Of a DNA stretch of 64,000 bases, positions 1 to 7,985 are shown piece by piece (position 1 is the stretch's first letter; each line of letters starts with the position of its first letter). The DNA is taken from positions 64,001 to 128,000 of the forward strand of contig JBDRCO010000023.1 of NCBI GenBank assembly GCA_043821645.1, read 5' to 3'. This stretch comes from Pseudomonadota bacterium. Lineage in GTDB: Bacteria > Myxococcota > JACRCW01 > JAFGSX01. Below the pieces are notes generated by a model, which was given only the letters and a program-made list of their open reading frames with translations, made no database searches and was not told the origin of the DNA. The translations under genes and the position numbers were made by a program.

Positions 1-16
1 ATTCCGCCCCTGGCCA
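1..16 (+). tRNA. 3' end of a tRNA, probably tRNA-Phe (truncated by window edge)
   Basis: ATTCCGCCCCTGGCCA matches the T-arm/acceptor end typical of bacterial tRNA-Phe (..GGTTCGATTCCGCCCCTGGCCA) and is directly followed by a terminator. The anticodon lies outside the window. Confidence 0.6.
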
Positions 17-18
17 TA

Positions 19-47
19 GGAAGCTCCTGCGAGCTTCCTTTTTTTTT
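19..47 (+). terminator. Rho-independent terminator
   Basis: Perfect 8-bp stem GGAAGCTC-ctgc-GAGCTTCC followed by 9 T. Confidence 0.85.
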
Positions 48-55
48 CAGCGACG

Positions 56-2212
56 CTAGGGCAGCTGGATGGGCTGGTAGGCCATGGCCCCGGTGGCAGG
101 ATCGCCCCAGGCGCAGGTCAGCTCGACCAGGGCTGGCGCCGTTGCGACCAGGTTCACGTCGACCTGGTAGCGACCCGGCGTCAGCACGCGCACCGCGCTC
201 ACGTCGACCAGCCCGGAGGCGTCGCAGCTCGCCACCCCGCTGAGCAGCACGTCGTCGATCATCGACCACAGGCCGGGAGCCGAGGCCTCGACGGTCAGCG
301 CCACGCGCAGGTCCGGGTTGTGAGCCACCCCGGGGCTGAAGGCCGACAGGTTGAAGCACACGGGCTCACACTGCCGGTCCGCGGCGTTGTACATGCTGCC
401 CCAGCCGACGCGCTGCCAGCCGGTGCCATCTCCCAGGTCGGCGAGCACGGTGACCCGCTCACCCATGTAGCCCGCGACGTCCCCGGCCTGCAGGCACAGC
501 TCGAGGTCACCGCTGATGCCGCGGGTGTCGACGTGGTGCGAGATCGTCCACGAGGCCGCTCCCTCGGCCCAGGCACTGCTGCCGCTGCCGGTGCAGCCGG
601 CCGTCGAGCAGCGCGGGCTTCCACTCACCGACCAGTCCCGCCAGCCGTCGGGGATGGGGTCGGGGCAGCCGTCGAAGGGCTCGCGCAGCAGCTCGACCGG
701 CGCGGACGCCGGGCAGTCCGTGCGCCAGCCGTACAGGTACAGGTTGTCCACGCGCATCTCGTCACCGTCGTTGTGCGAGTGGGCGATGACGGTGACGGTG
801 ACCGCTGGGTGGCCGCTGGCCCAGCTCGGGAGGTCCGCGCACACGGTCTGGACGCCACCACGCCAGTGGACGTCACCAGGGGTGCAGGAGATCTGGCTGG
901 GCGCGCTGAGCCCTTCGCTGACCTGGACGACCACGGCATCCGACGCCGTGGCATAGGCCTCACCCACGTCGAGGCAGAAGCGAAGGTCCTGCAAGCCAGT
1001 GAGATCGAAGGTGCGACGGAGTCGCCACTCGCGCCTTCCGGCGATGCCGCAGTTGAGCGCCCTGTCGCTGCGGAGCCGGAAACCGTCAGGGGTCGCGTCA
1101 CACAAGGTGCCGAGCTCGGCACAGCACTCCTTGCTCGTGCTGGTGAGGACGCAGTTGTCCACCCGATCCGTGCAGACGTTTCCCTCGACAAGTTCCCATC
1201 CATCGAGCGAGCACATGTCGCTGTCGTCCTCGAAGTCCGCGCTGTTGACAAGGGTAAAGCCCGCGCGCGCGCTGCACGACAGGCAGGCGCTCTGGTCGCT
1301 GCTGAGGCCCCCCGGCTGCAGGGTACAGGTCGCCTGGCCGCTGGCCTGGGCTGCGCAAGTCATCAGCATGTCCTGCGGCGGTGTGCCACAGCCCGTGGGT
1401 CCGGGGAAGCACCCGGGGCGGCACTCCTGCCCGGCCAGCATGCAGCGGCCATGGTCCGGCGTGCCCGCGCACTGACCCTGGGCATCGCAGATATCGCCGA
1501 CGGTGCATGCGATCCCGTCGTCGCAGTCGGCATCGGGTGTGGTCTCGGTGGTGCACTGACCTGTGCCAATGTTGCACTTTCCCACGACGCAGGTCGCATC
1601 GAGGCCGGCGCAATCCTGGTCCCGGTGACAGCCCGCTGCGTCGCCCGCGCTGACGTCGACGGTCGCAGCATCGATCGTGTTCCCATCGACGGACGAGGCC
1701 TCGGCAGCAAACCTGTCAGGCCACGCCGCCTCGGCCGGGCCACGATCCAAGACAGCCGCCTCAATGCCAGCGAGGTCCGTGGCTGCCGCGTCGACGGGGC
1801 CGGAATCTGCGCTGAGGATGTCGGGCTGCCAGCGCTCAGAAGCCGCCAGATCCGACCTCGCCTGGTCCGGGAGCTGACCATCTGCCCGGTGTCCATCGCC
1901 CGCGACTCCGTCGACCCTGCCGCGGTCGAAGACAAGGGCATCCACCATGGCGCGGTCCGCGACGCTGGCGTCCGGTGCCAGAGGTAGACACACGCCGTTG
2001 CGGCAGCCCTCATTGCGCCGGCACACGTCGCTACTGTTGCAGACCTGCCGACAGGCATTGTCGACGCAGAGTTCCGAGTCGAGGCACTCCGAGTTCTGGG
2101 CGCAGGGCTGGCCCAGGCGCGCAGCTGGTGGGCACGCTGTTGCCAGCAGGTACAGACCAAGCGCCAGAGCGTGGCCAGGGCCCCGCGTCAGCCTGTAGGA
2201 GTTCGCGTGCAT
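56..2212 (-). CDS. Cys-rich predicted lipoprotein (718 aa)
   Basis: Hydrophobic N-terminus ending LLATAC (lipobox-like), EGF/Dickkopf-like Cys clusters, Asp-periodic linker, CDDGxxCT myxobacterial Cys repeat, and a duplicated C-terminal beta-rich module. Confidence 0.75.
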   Translation of the reverse strand: MHANSYRLTRGPGHALALGLYLLATACPPAARLGQPCAQNSECLDSELCVDNACRQVCNSSDVCRRNEGCRNGVCLPLAPDASVADRAMVDALVFDRGRVDGVAGDGHRADGQLPDQARSDLAASERWQPDILSADSGPVDAAATDLAGIEAAVLDRGPAEAAWPDRFAAEASSVDGNTIDAATVDVSAGDAAGCHRDQDCAGLDATCVVGKCNIGTGQCTTETTPDADCDDGIACTVGDICDAQGQCAGTPDHGRCMLAGQECRPGCFPGPTGCGTPPQDMLMTCAAQASGQATCTLQPGGLSSDQSACLSCSARAGFTLVNSADFEDDSDMCSLDGWELVEGNVCTDRVDNCVLTSTSKECCAELGTLCDATPDGFRLRSDRALNCGIAGRREWRLRRTFDLTGLQDLRFCLDVGEAYATASDAVVVQVSEGLSAPSQISCTPGDVHWRGGVQTVCADLPSWASGHPAVTVTVIAHSHNDGDEMRVDNLYLYGWRTDCPASAPVELLREPFDGCPDPIPDGWRDWSVSGSPRCSTAGCTGSGSSAWAEGAASWTISHHVDTRGISGDLELCLQAGDVAGYMGERVTVLADLGDGTGWQRVGWGSMYNAADRQCEPVCFNLSAFSPGVAHNPDLRVALTVEASAPGLWSMIDDVLLSGVASCDASGLVDVSAVRVLTPGRYQVDVNLVATAPALVELTCAWGDPATGAMAYQPIQLP

Positions 2213-2353
2213 GCTCTCGAATTATGCGCCCGGCCAGGCTCGGCAGCAACCGGGCCCGGCTACGTGGGCGCGCTCGCCGCCCTCCCGGCACCACCGCGCC
2301 ACGCATCGCTGGCTCTGCCCCGGGCTGGTGCGGTGCATCTCCGACGACCCACC

Positions 2354-2394
2354 AAAAACGAACCGGCCACCCCCTTGTCGAGAGAGTGGCCGGT
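2354..2394 (-). terminator. Rho-independent terminator downstream of the large repeat protein
   Basis: Inverted repeat ACCGGCCAC (2362-2370) / GTGGCCGGT (2386-2394) followed on the minus strand by TCGTTTTT. Confidence 0.65.
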
Positions 2395-2443
2395 CCCGGG
2401 ACGCCCTCCGCCGACGGGTACGCCCGTCAACGGCCCCACCGGA

Positions 2444-5400
2444 TCAGTCGATCGTCTTCATCGCCGCGATCATGGCGGCGTACTCGTTGACCGGGATGCC
2501 GGTCATGCCCCGCGCCTGGGCCGCCTGCGCAAAGCCCTCGTACATCTCGAACTTGGCCCGCGCCGAGGGGCTCATGCGGCCCCAGTTCTCGGTCGCGAAC
2601 TTCTTGAAGTCTGCGTACTCGTTGCCCGCGGCCTGACCGTCCAGGTCGGCGGTGCCCTTGATCAGCGCGTTCTCGAAATCCCGACCGCTGATGACGCCGG
2701 GCTTGTCCTTGAGCTCGGCGATGGCCGCGCCCGCGCCCGCGTCACGGTAGCCCGCGGTGTGCATCTCGGCCTTCATGCGCTCGTACTCGCCCACCGGGAT
2801 GCCGGTGTTGCCCCGGGCCTGGTTGCGCTGGGCGTGCTTCTCGTAGACCTCGTACTTGGCCTTGGCCTCGGGGCTGAGCTCGTTCCAGTGCTCCTTGGCG
2901 AACTTCTGGAAGTCCGCGAACTCCTTGCCCGCGGCCTGGTTATCCAGGTCCTTGGTGCCGTCGATGATGGCCTTCTCCATGGCGTCGCCGCTGATGGGTC
3001 GCGGCCCATCCTTGAGCCCCGCAATGGCAGAGCCAGCGCCCGCGTCCTGGTAGCCCGCGGTCTTCATCTCGGCCTTCATCTTGTCGTAGTCCGCGACGTT
3101 GATGCCGCTCTGGCCCTTGGCCCTGGCCGCCTGCGCGTACTTCTCATAGACCTGGTACTTGGCCTTGGCGTCGGGACTCAGGTTGTTCCAGTTCTCCTTG
3201 GCGTACTTGGCAAAGTCGGCGAACTCCTTGCCCGCGGCCTGGCCGTCCAGGTCCTTGGTGCCGTCGATGATCGCCTTCTCCATGTCGGCGCCGCTGACCG
3301 GCTGCGCGCCCTGCTTGAGCCCCTCGATGGCCGCGCCCGCGCCCGCGTCCTTGTAGCCCGCGGCGCGCATCTCGTTCTTCATCTGGTTGTACTCGGCCAC
3401 CGGGATGCCCGTGTTGCCCTTGGCGCGGTTAGCCTCGGCGTGCTTCTCGTACACGCCCCACTTGGCCTGGGCGTCGGGTGACAGGTTGTTCCAGTTCTCC
3501 TTCACGTACTTCGACAGGTCGTCGTACTCCTTGCCCGCGGCCTGGCCGTCGAGGTCGGCGGTGCCGTCGATGATGGCCTTCTCCATGGCCGCGCCGCTGA
3601 TGGGCTTGGGCTGCTGCTTGAGCCCCTCGACGGCGGCGCCGGCGCCGGCGTCCTTGTAACCCGCGGTCTTCATCTCCGCCTTCATCTGCTCGTACTCGGC
3701 CACCGGGATGCCGGTGTTGCCCTTGGCCTGGTTGGCCTTGGCGTGCTTGGCGTAGACCTCGTACTTGGCCTTGGCGTCGGGGCTCAGGTCGTTCCAGTTC
3801 TCCTTGGCGAACTTCTCGAAGTCGGCGAACTCCTTGCCGGCGGCCTGGTTGTCAAAGTCGGCAGTGCCGTCGACGATGGCCTTCTCCATGGCCTCGCCGC
3901 TGATGGGCTTGGGCTGGCCCTTGAGGCCCTCGATGGCGGCGCCGGCGCCCGCGTCCTTGTAGCCGGCGGTCTTCATCTCGGCCTTCATCTGCTCGTACTC
4001 TTGCACCGGGATGCCGGTGTTGCCCTTGGCCCGGTTCTGCTCGGCGTGCTTCTCGTAGACCTGGTACTTGGCCTTGGCCTCGGGGCTCAGGTCCTTCCAG
4101 TTCTCCTTGGCGTACTTCTGGAAGTCGGCGAACTCCTTGCCCGCGGCCTGGTTGTCAAAGTCCTTGGTGCCCTCGATGATGGCCTTCTCCATGGCCTCAC
4201 CGCTGATGGGCTTGGGCTGGTTCTTGAGGTCCTGGATGGCCGCGCCGGCGCCCGCGTCCTGGTAGCCGGCGGTCTTCATCTCGCCCTTCATCTTCTCGTA
4301 CTCGGAGGCCTTGATGCCCGTCTGGCCCTTGGCCTGGGCGGCCTGCGCGTACTTCTCGTAGACCTGGAACTTGGCCTGGGCGTCGGGGGACATCTTGTCC
4401 CAGTTTTCCTTGGCGTACTTCTGGAAGTCGGCGAACTCCTTGCCCGCGGCCTGGTTGTCGAAGTCCTGGGTGCCGTTGATGATGGCCCGCTCCATGGCCT
4501 CGCCGCTGATCGGCTGCGGCTGCTTCTTCAGGTTCTCGATCGCCGCGCCGGCGCCCGGGTCGGCGTAGCCGGTGCGCCGCATCTCGGCCTTCATCTGGTT
4601 GTATTCCTGCACCGGGATGCCGGTGTTGCCCTTGGCGCGGTTGGCCTCGGCGTGCTTCTCGTAAACGCCCCACTTGGCCTGGGCGTCGGGCGACAGGTTG
4701 TTCCAGTTCTCCTTCACGTACTTCGACAGGTCGTTGTACTCCTTGCCCGCGGCCTGGTTGTCGAAGTCCTTGGTGCCGTCGATGATGGCCTTCTCGAGGG
4801 CCTCACCGCTGATGGGCTTGGGCTGCTGCTTGAGGTTCTCGACGGCAGCGCCCGCACCTTGGTCCTGGTAGCCGGCGCCCTTCATCTCCGCCTTCATCTG
4901 CTCGTACTCTTGCACCGGGATGCCGGTGTTGCCCTTGGCCTTGTTGGCCTCGGCGTGCTTGGCATACACCTCGTACTTGGCCTTGGCGTCGGGCGACAGG
5001 CTGTTCCAGTTCTCCTTGGCGAACTTCTGGAAGTCGGCGAACTCCTTGCCGGCCGCCTGGTTGTCGAAGTCCTTGGTGCCGTCGATGATGGCCTTCTCCA
5101 TGGCCTCACCGCTGATCGGCGTCTTCTGCTGCTTGAGGTTCTCGATGGCGGCGCCAGCGCCGGTGTCCTTGTAGCCGGCGGTCTTCATCTCGGCCTGCAT
5201 CTTGTCGTAGTCGGCGACCTTGATGCCGGTCTGGCCCTTGGCCTGGGCGTCCTTGGCGTACTTCTCGTACACGCCGTACTTGGCCTTGGCGTCGGGGCTC
5301 AGCTGGTCCCAGTTCTCCTTGGCGAACTTGGAGATGTCGGCGAACTCCTTGCCCGCGGCCTGGCCGTCCAGGTCCTTGGTGCCGTCGATGATCGCCTTCT

Positions 5401-7402
5401 CCATGGCCTCGCCGCTGATGGGCCGCGGCTGCTGCTTGAGGTTCTCGAGGGCTTGACCGGCGCCGGCGTCGTTGTACGACTGCGCGCGCATCTCGGTCTT
5501 CATCTTCTCGTAGTCGCCCACGGCGATGCCGGTCTGGCCCTTGGCCTGGGCCGCGCTGGCGTACTTCTCGTAGGTCTGGAACTTCTTGCGCGCCTCGGGG
5601 GACAGGTTGTCCCAGTTCTCCTTGGCGTACTTCTTGAAGTCGGCGAACTCCTTGCCCGCGGCCTGGTTGTCCAGGTCCTTGGTGCCGTCGATGATGGCCT
5701 TCTCCATGGCCTCACCGGTGATGGGCTTGGGCTGCTGCTTCAGGTTCTCGATCGCCGCGCCAGCGCCGCTGTCCTTGTAGCCGGCCTTGGCCATGTCGCC
5801 GGCCATCTTGGCGTACTCGCCGATGGGGATGCCGGTCTGGCCCTGGGCCTGGGCCTTGTGGGCGGCCTTCTCGTAGACCTCGAACTTGGCCTTGGCGTCG
5901 GGGGTCATGCGACCCCAGTTCTCCTGGGCGAACTTCTTGAAGTCCGCGAACTCGGCGCCCGCGGCCTGGTTGTCCAGGTCGGCGGTGCCGGCCAGGATGG
6001 CCTTCATCATGTCGTCGCCGGTGATGGGGCCCGGCTTGTTCTTGAGGGCGTCGATGGCCGCGCCCGCGCTCTGGTCAAAGTACTGCGGCAGATGTGGCTT
6101 GATCGGGGGAGGCACGAAGCCGCCGGTGGGACCAAAGGGTCCCTGGCCCCCTGGAGGCATGAAGCCGCCGGCGCCCGCCAGGGCCTGGGCGATGTTGGCG
6201 AACTGACCGAGCGAGCGCATGGAGTTCAAGACCTGGGACATGTTGCCCAGGGCCTTCATGCCATCGGGCAAGCCGAAGCCCATGCCACCGCCCATGCCAC
6301 CGAACATGCCCGGAGGCGCCGCCTGGCTTTGCATGCTGCTCCACAGCAGCGACAGGTACTCGGCCATGTTGGCCTGATCGGCGCCACCCTGCGGGATGCC
6401 ACCGCCGCCCGCCGCGGTCTGTGGCAGGTAGCCACCGCCGAACATCTGGGTCAGCAGGTGGTCGGCGTGGAACACGCTGCCCAGCATGGCTGCCGAGCCC
6501 GGATCCATGCCGAAGCGGCCGGACACGAAGTCGAGCACGTTGTCGCGCAGCATGTTGCCCCAGGCGTTGGAGCCAAAGGGCGGGCGCAGGTTGGGATCGA
6601 TGCGGTAGGGCTGGCCGTTGACGCTCTGCTCGTAGGCACCGGTCTTGGCGTCCATATGGGCGCCGGTGATCTCGCCCTGGTTGCGGCCACCGCGCACCAG
6701 GAACCAGTCGTCGCCGTCGCCACCGAGCTTGAAGGTGTCGCGGCCCGGGTTCTCGGCCATGTGTGCCGCGCGCCACTCGTAGCCGTCCTGCTTGACGCCG
6801 CTGACGCTGGGCTTCTTGTCGAGATTGGTCACGGACACGTGGTCCGTGCCGTTGGTGATGTCGAGGCCGGTGGTGACCGAGTAGCCCTTCTCGCTCGAGG
6901 TCTGCGCCGCGATGCGGGTGCCGTCGGGCAGCACGAAGTCACTGGACTTGGTGAAGTCCCACTTGCCGCCATCCGCCTCGGTGACGTGCGGGTCGCCGTG
7001 GACGTGGGTGGCCGGCTTGTCGGTCGGCTTCTGGCCGGGGTTGAAGACCTTCCACGAGGTGTTGCCCTCGGGCACCACGGTGTAGCCACCGGCGGTACGC
7101 ACCGAGCCGGCCGGCCAGCCCGGGGGGTCCTTCTGCAGGCCCTTGCCCGCAGGGGCGCCGGACAGCTCGACCTCGGGCCGCGGCACCGCGCCCAGGGTGA
7201 AACTGACCGAGCCGGACAGGATCATGTTGCCGGCCTGGGCACTGAGCTGAAAGGCGGAGGCGAAGTTGATCAGCGACGCGCCCTCGGTGCTTCCCACCGA
7301 GCCGAAGCCCGCCATCACCGTGTTGGTGAAGTTGGCCTCGCTCATGCCGAACATCTGGAAGGTGTTGAGCTGGAAGGACCCCGACGAGAAATTCAGATTC
7401 AT
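2444..7402 (-). CDS. Large protein with N-terminal DUF1521/MIIA-like autocleavage domain and 12 x 101-aa repeats (~1652 aa)
   Basis: ATG at 7402 preceded by AGGAG; motif HVHGDPHVTEADGGKWDF..FVLPDGTRI; strong GC3 codon bias; C-terminal 1212 aa are tandem repeats. Confidence 0.85.
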   Translation of the reverse strand: MNLNFSSGSFQLNTFQMFGMSEANFTNTVMAGFGSVGSTEGASLINFASAFQLSAQAGNMILSGSVSFTLGAVPRPEVELSGAPAGKGLQKDPPGWPAGSVRTAGGYTVVPEGNTSWKVFNPGQKPTDKPATHVHGDPHVTEADGGKWDFTKSSDFVLPDGTRIAAQTSSEKGYSVTTGLDITNGTDHVSVTNLDKKPSVSGVKQDGYEWRAAHMAENPGRDTFKLGGDGDDWFLVRGGRNQGEITGAHMDAKTGAYEQSVNGQPYRIDPNLRPPFGSNAWGNMLRDNVLDFVSGRFGMDPGSAAMLGSVFHADHLLTQMFGGGYLPQTAAGGGGIPQGGADQANMAEYLSLLWSSMQSQAAPPGMFGGMGGGMGFGLPDGMKALGNMSQVLNSMRSLGQFANIAQALAGAGGFMPPGGQGPFGPTGGFVPPPIKPHLPQYFDQSAGAAIDALKNKPGPITGDDMMKAILAGTADLDNQAAGAEFADFKKFAQENWGRMTPDAKAKFEVYEKAAHKAQAQGQTGIPIGEYAKMAGDMAKAGYKDSGAGAAIENLKQQPKPITGEAMEKAIIDGTKDLDNQAAGKEFADFKKYAKENWDNLSPEARKKFQTYEKYASAAQAKGQTGIAVGDYEKMKTEMRAQSYNDAGAGQALENLKQQPRPISGEAMEKAIIDGTKDLDGQAAGKEFADISKFAKENWDQLSPDAKAKYGVYEKYAKDAQAKGQTGIKVADYDKMQAEMKTAGYKDTGAGAAIENLKQQKTPISGEAMEKAIIDGTKDFDNQAAGKEFADFQKFAKENWNSLSPDAKAKYEVYAKHAEANKAKGNTGIPVQEYEQMKAEMKGAGYQDQGAGAAVENLKQQPKPISGEALEKAIIDGTKDFDNQAAGKEYNDLSKYVKENWNNLSPDAQAKWGVYEKHAEANRAKGNTGIPVQEYNQMKAEMRRTGYADPGAGAAIENLKKQPQPISGEAMERAIINGTQDFDNQAAGKEFADFQKYAKENWDKMSPDAQAKFQVYEKYAQAAQAKGQTGIKASEYEKMKGEMKTAGYQDAGAGAAIQDLKNQPKPISGEAMEKAIIEGTKDFDNQAAGKEFADFQKYAKENWKDLSPEAKAKYQVYEKHAEQNRAKGNTGIPVQEYEQMKAEMKTAGYKDAGAGAAIEGLKGQPKPISGEAMEKAIVDGTADFDNQAAGKEFADFEKFAKENWNDLSPDAKAKYEVYAKHAKANQAKGNTGIPVAEYEQMKAEMKTAGYKDAGAGAAVEGLKQQPKPISGAAMEKAIIDGTADLDGQAAGKEYDDLSKYVKENWNNLSPDAQAKWGVYEKHAEANRAKGNTGIPVAEYNQMKNEMRAAGYKDAGAGAAIEGLKQGAQPVSGADMEKAIIDGTKDLDGQAAGKEFADFAKYAKENWNNLSPDAKAKYQVYEKYAQAARAKGQSGINVADYDKMKAEMKTAGYQDAGAGSAIAGLKDGPRPISGDAMEKAIIDGTKDLDNQAAGKEFADFQKFAKEHWNELSPEAKAKYEVYEKHAQRNQARGNTGIPVGEYERMKAEMHTAGYRDAGAGAAIAELKDKPGVISGRDFENALIKGTADLDGQAAGNEYADFKKFATENWGRMSPSARAKFEMYEGFAQAAQARGMTGIPVNEYAAMIAAMKTID
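2447..6082 (-). repeat. 12 tandem 303-bp (101-aa) intragenic repeats
   Basis: Unit YxDxGAGAAIExLKxQPKPISGEAMEKAIIDGTKD(L/F)DNQAAGKEFADFxKYAKENWxxLSPDAKAKYxVYEKxAxxxxAKGxTGIPVxEYExMKAEMKTAG counted 12 times; antisense shadow ORFs recur every 303 bp. Confidence 0.95.
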
Positions 7403-7569
7403 GGCACGCTCCTGCCGACCTGTGCCCCCGGGCACCTCGGCGTTGGTAAACCTGGCCAGAGTTGACTACGAAACTTATCGCTCTATCGTGCGGGGCGTTG
7501 CGCGAATCGACCTCGCGCAATCCGTCGATCGACCGATAAGCGCTCCCCCTCCTCGACAGACTGGACTGA

Positions 7570-7680
7570 ATGGTTTTTTGAACCGCGCAATGTCTTATCA
7601 CTTGGCCTGATAAGCTTGCAAGTGCATATTTTGTAATATATTGTTATTTTAGAGTTTTTTATTATCTTATCAAAGTTGAG
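7570..7680. promoter_or_regulatory. AT-rich intergenic segment, probable promoter/regulatory region
   Basis: Runs such as CATATTTTGTAATATATTGTTATTTTAGAGTTTTTTATTATCTTATCAAA lie between divergent genes in an otherwise very GC-rich window. Confidence 0.55.
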
Positions 7681-7985
7681 ATCGCGATCACATTCGAGAT
7701 CCGGCCCCGCGTGTTGACGCCGGCACCGGGGTCGACGGTCTCGCAATACGAGGCTGAAGCCCCGCGACCCGGGTTCAACAACGCCCCAAGGTGTCCTTAG
7801 TGTGCCCACAACCCCACGGAGCCACGCGGCCCTGCGCCAGGTCAGCTCGGAGCGGGTCATGTCCACGAGGACCGAAGGACAGTGCTCGCGGCAGAGCACC
7901 AAGGTTTCCCCGCCAAGGGCCACGCCCCCAGCCTCGAGATCGCGCTTTGGCAGCCGCGGCACAGCCGGTGTAGCATCGGTCTCGC

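Noticed and set aside
1-16. tRNA 3' fragment as an att site of an integrated element
   Set aside because: Followed directly by a terminator, with no integrase or second copy in the window; simplest explanation is a tRNA cut by the window edge
2447-6082. Tandem DNA repeats as a possible CRISPR array or satellite
   Set aside because: Units are 303 bp, in frame, with synonymous variation and no unique spacers
2171-7465. Long plus-strand ORFs (436 aa, 1240 aa) and the recurring 65-aa MALASG ORFs
   Set aside because: Antisense shadows of the GC3-biased repeat gene; their periodicity only mirrors the 303-bp repeat
7601-7620. TTGGCC..TTGCA as a sigma54 promoter
   Set aside because: Spacing between GG and GC is 12 nt rather than the required 10
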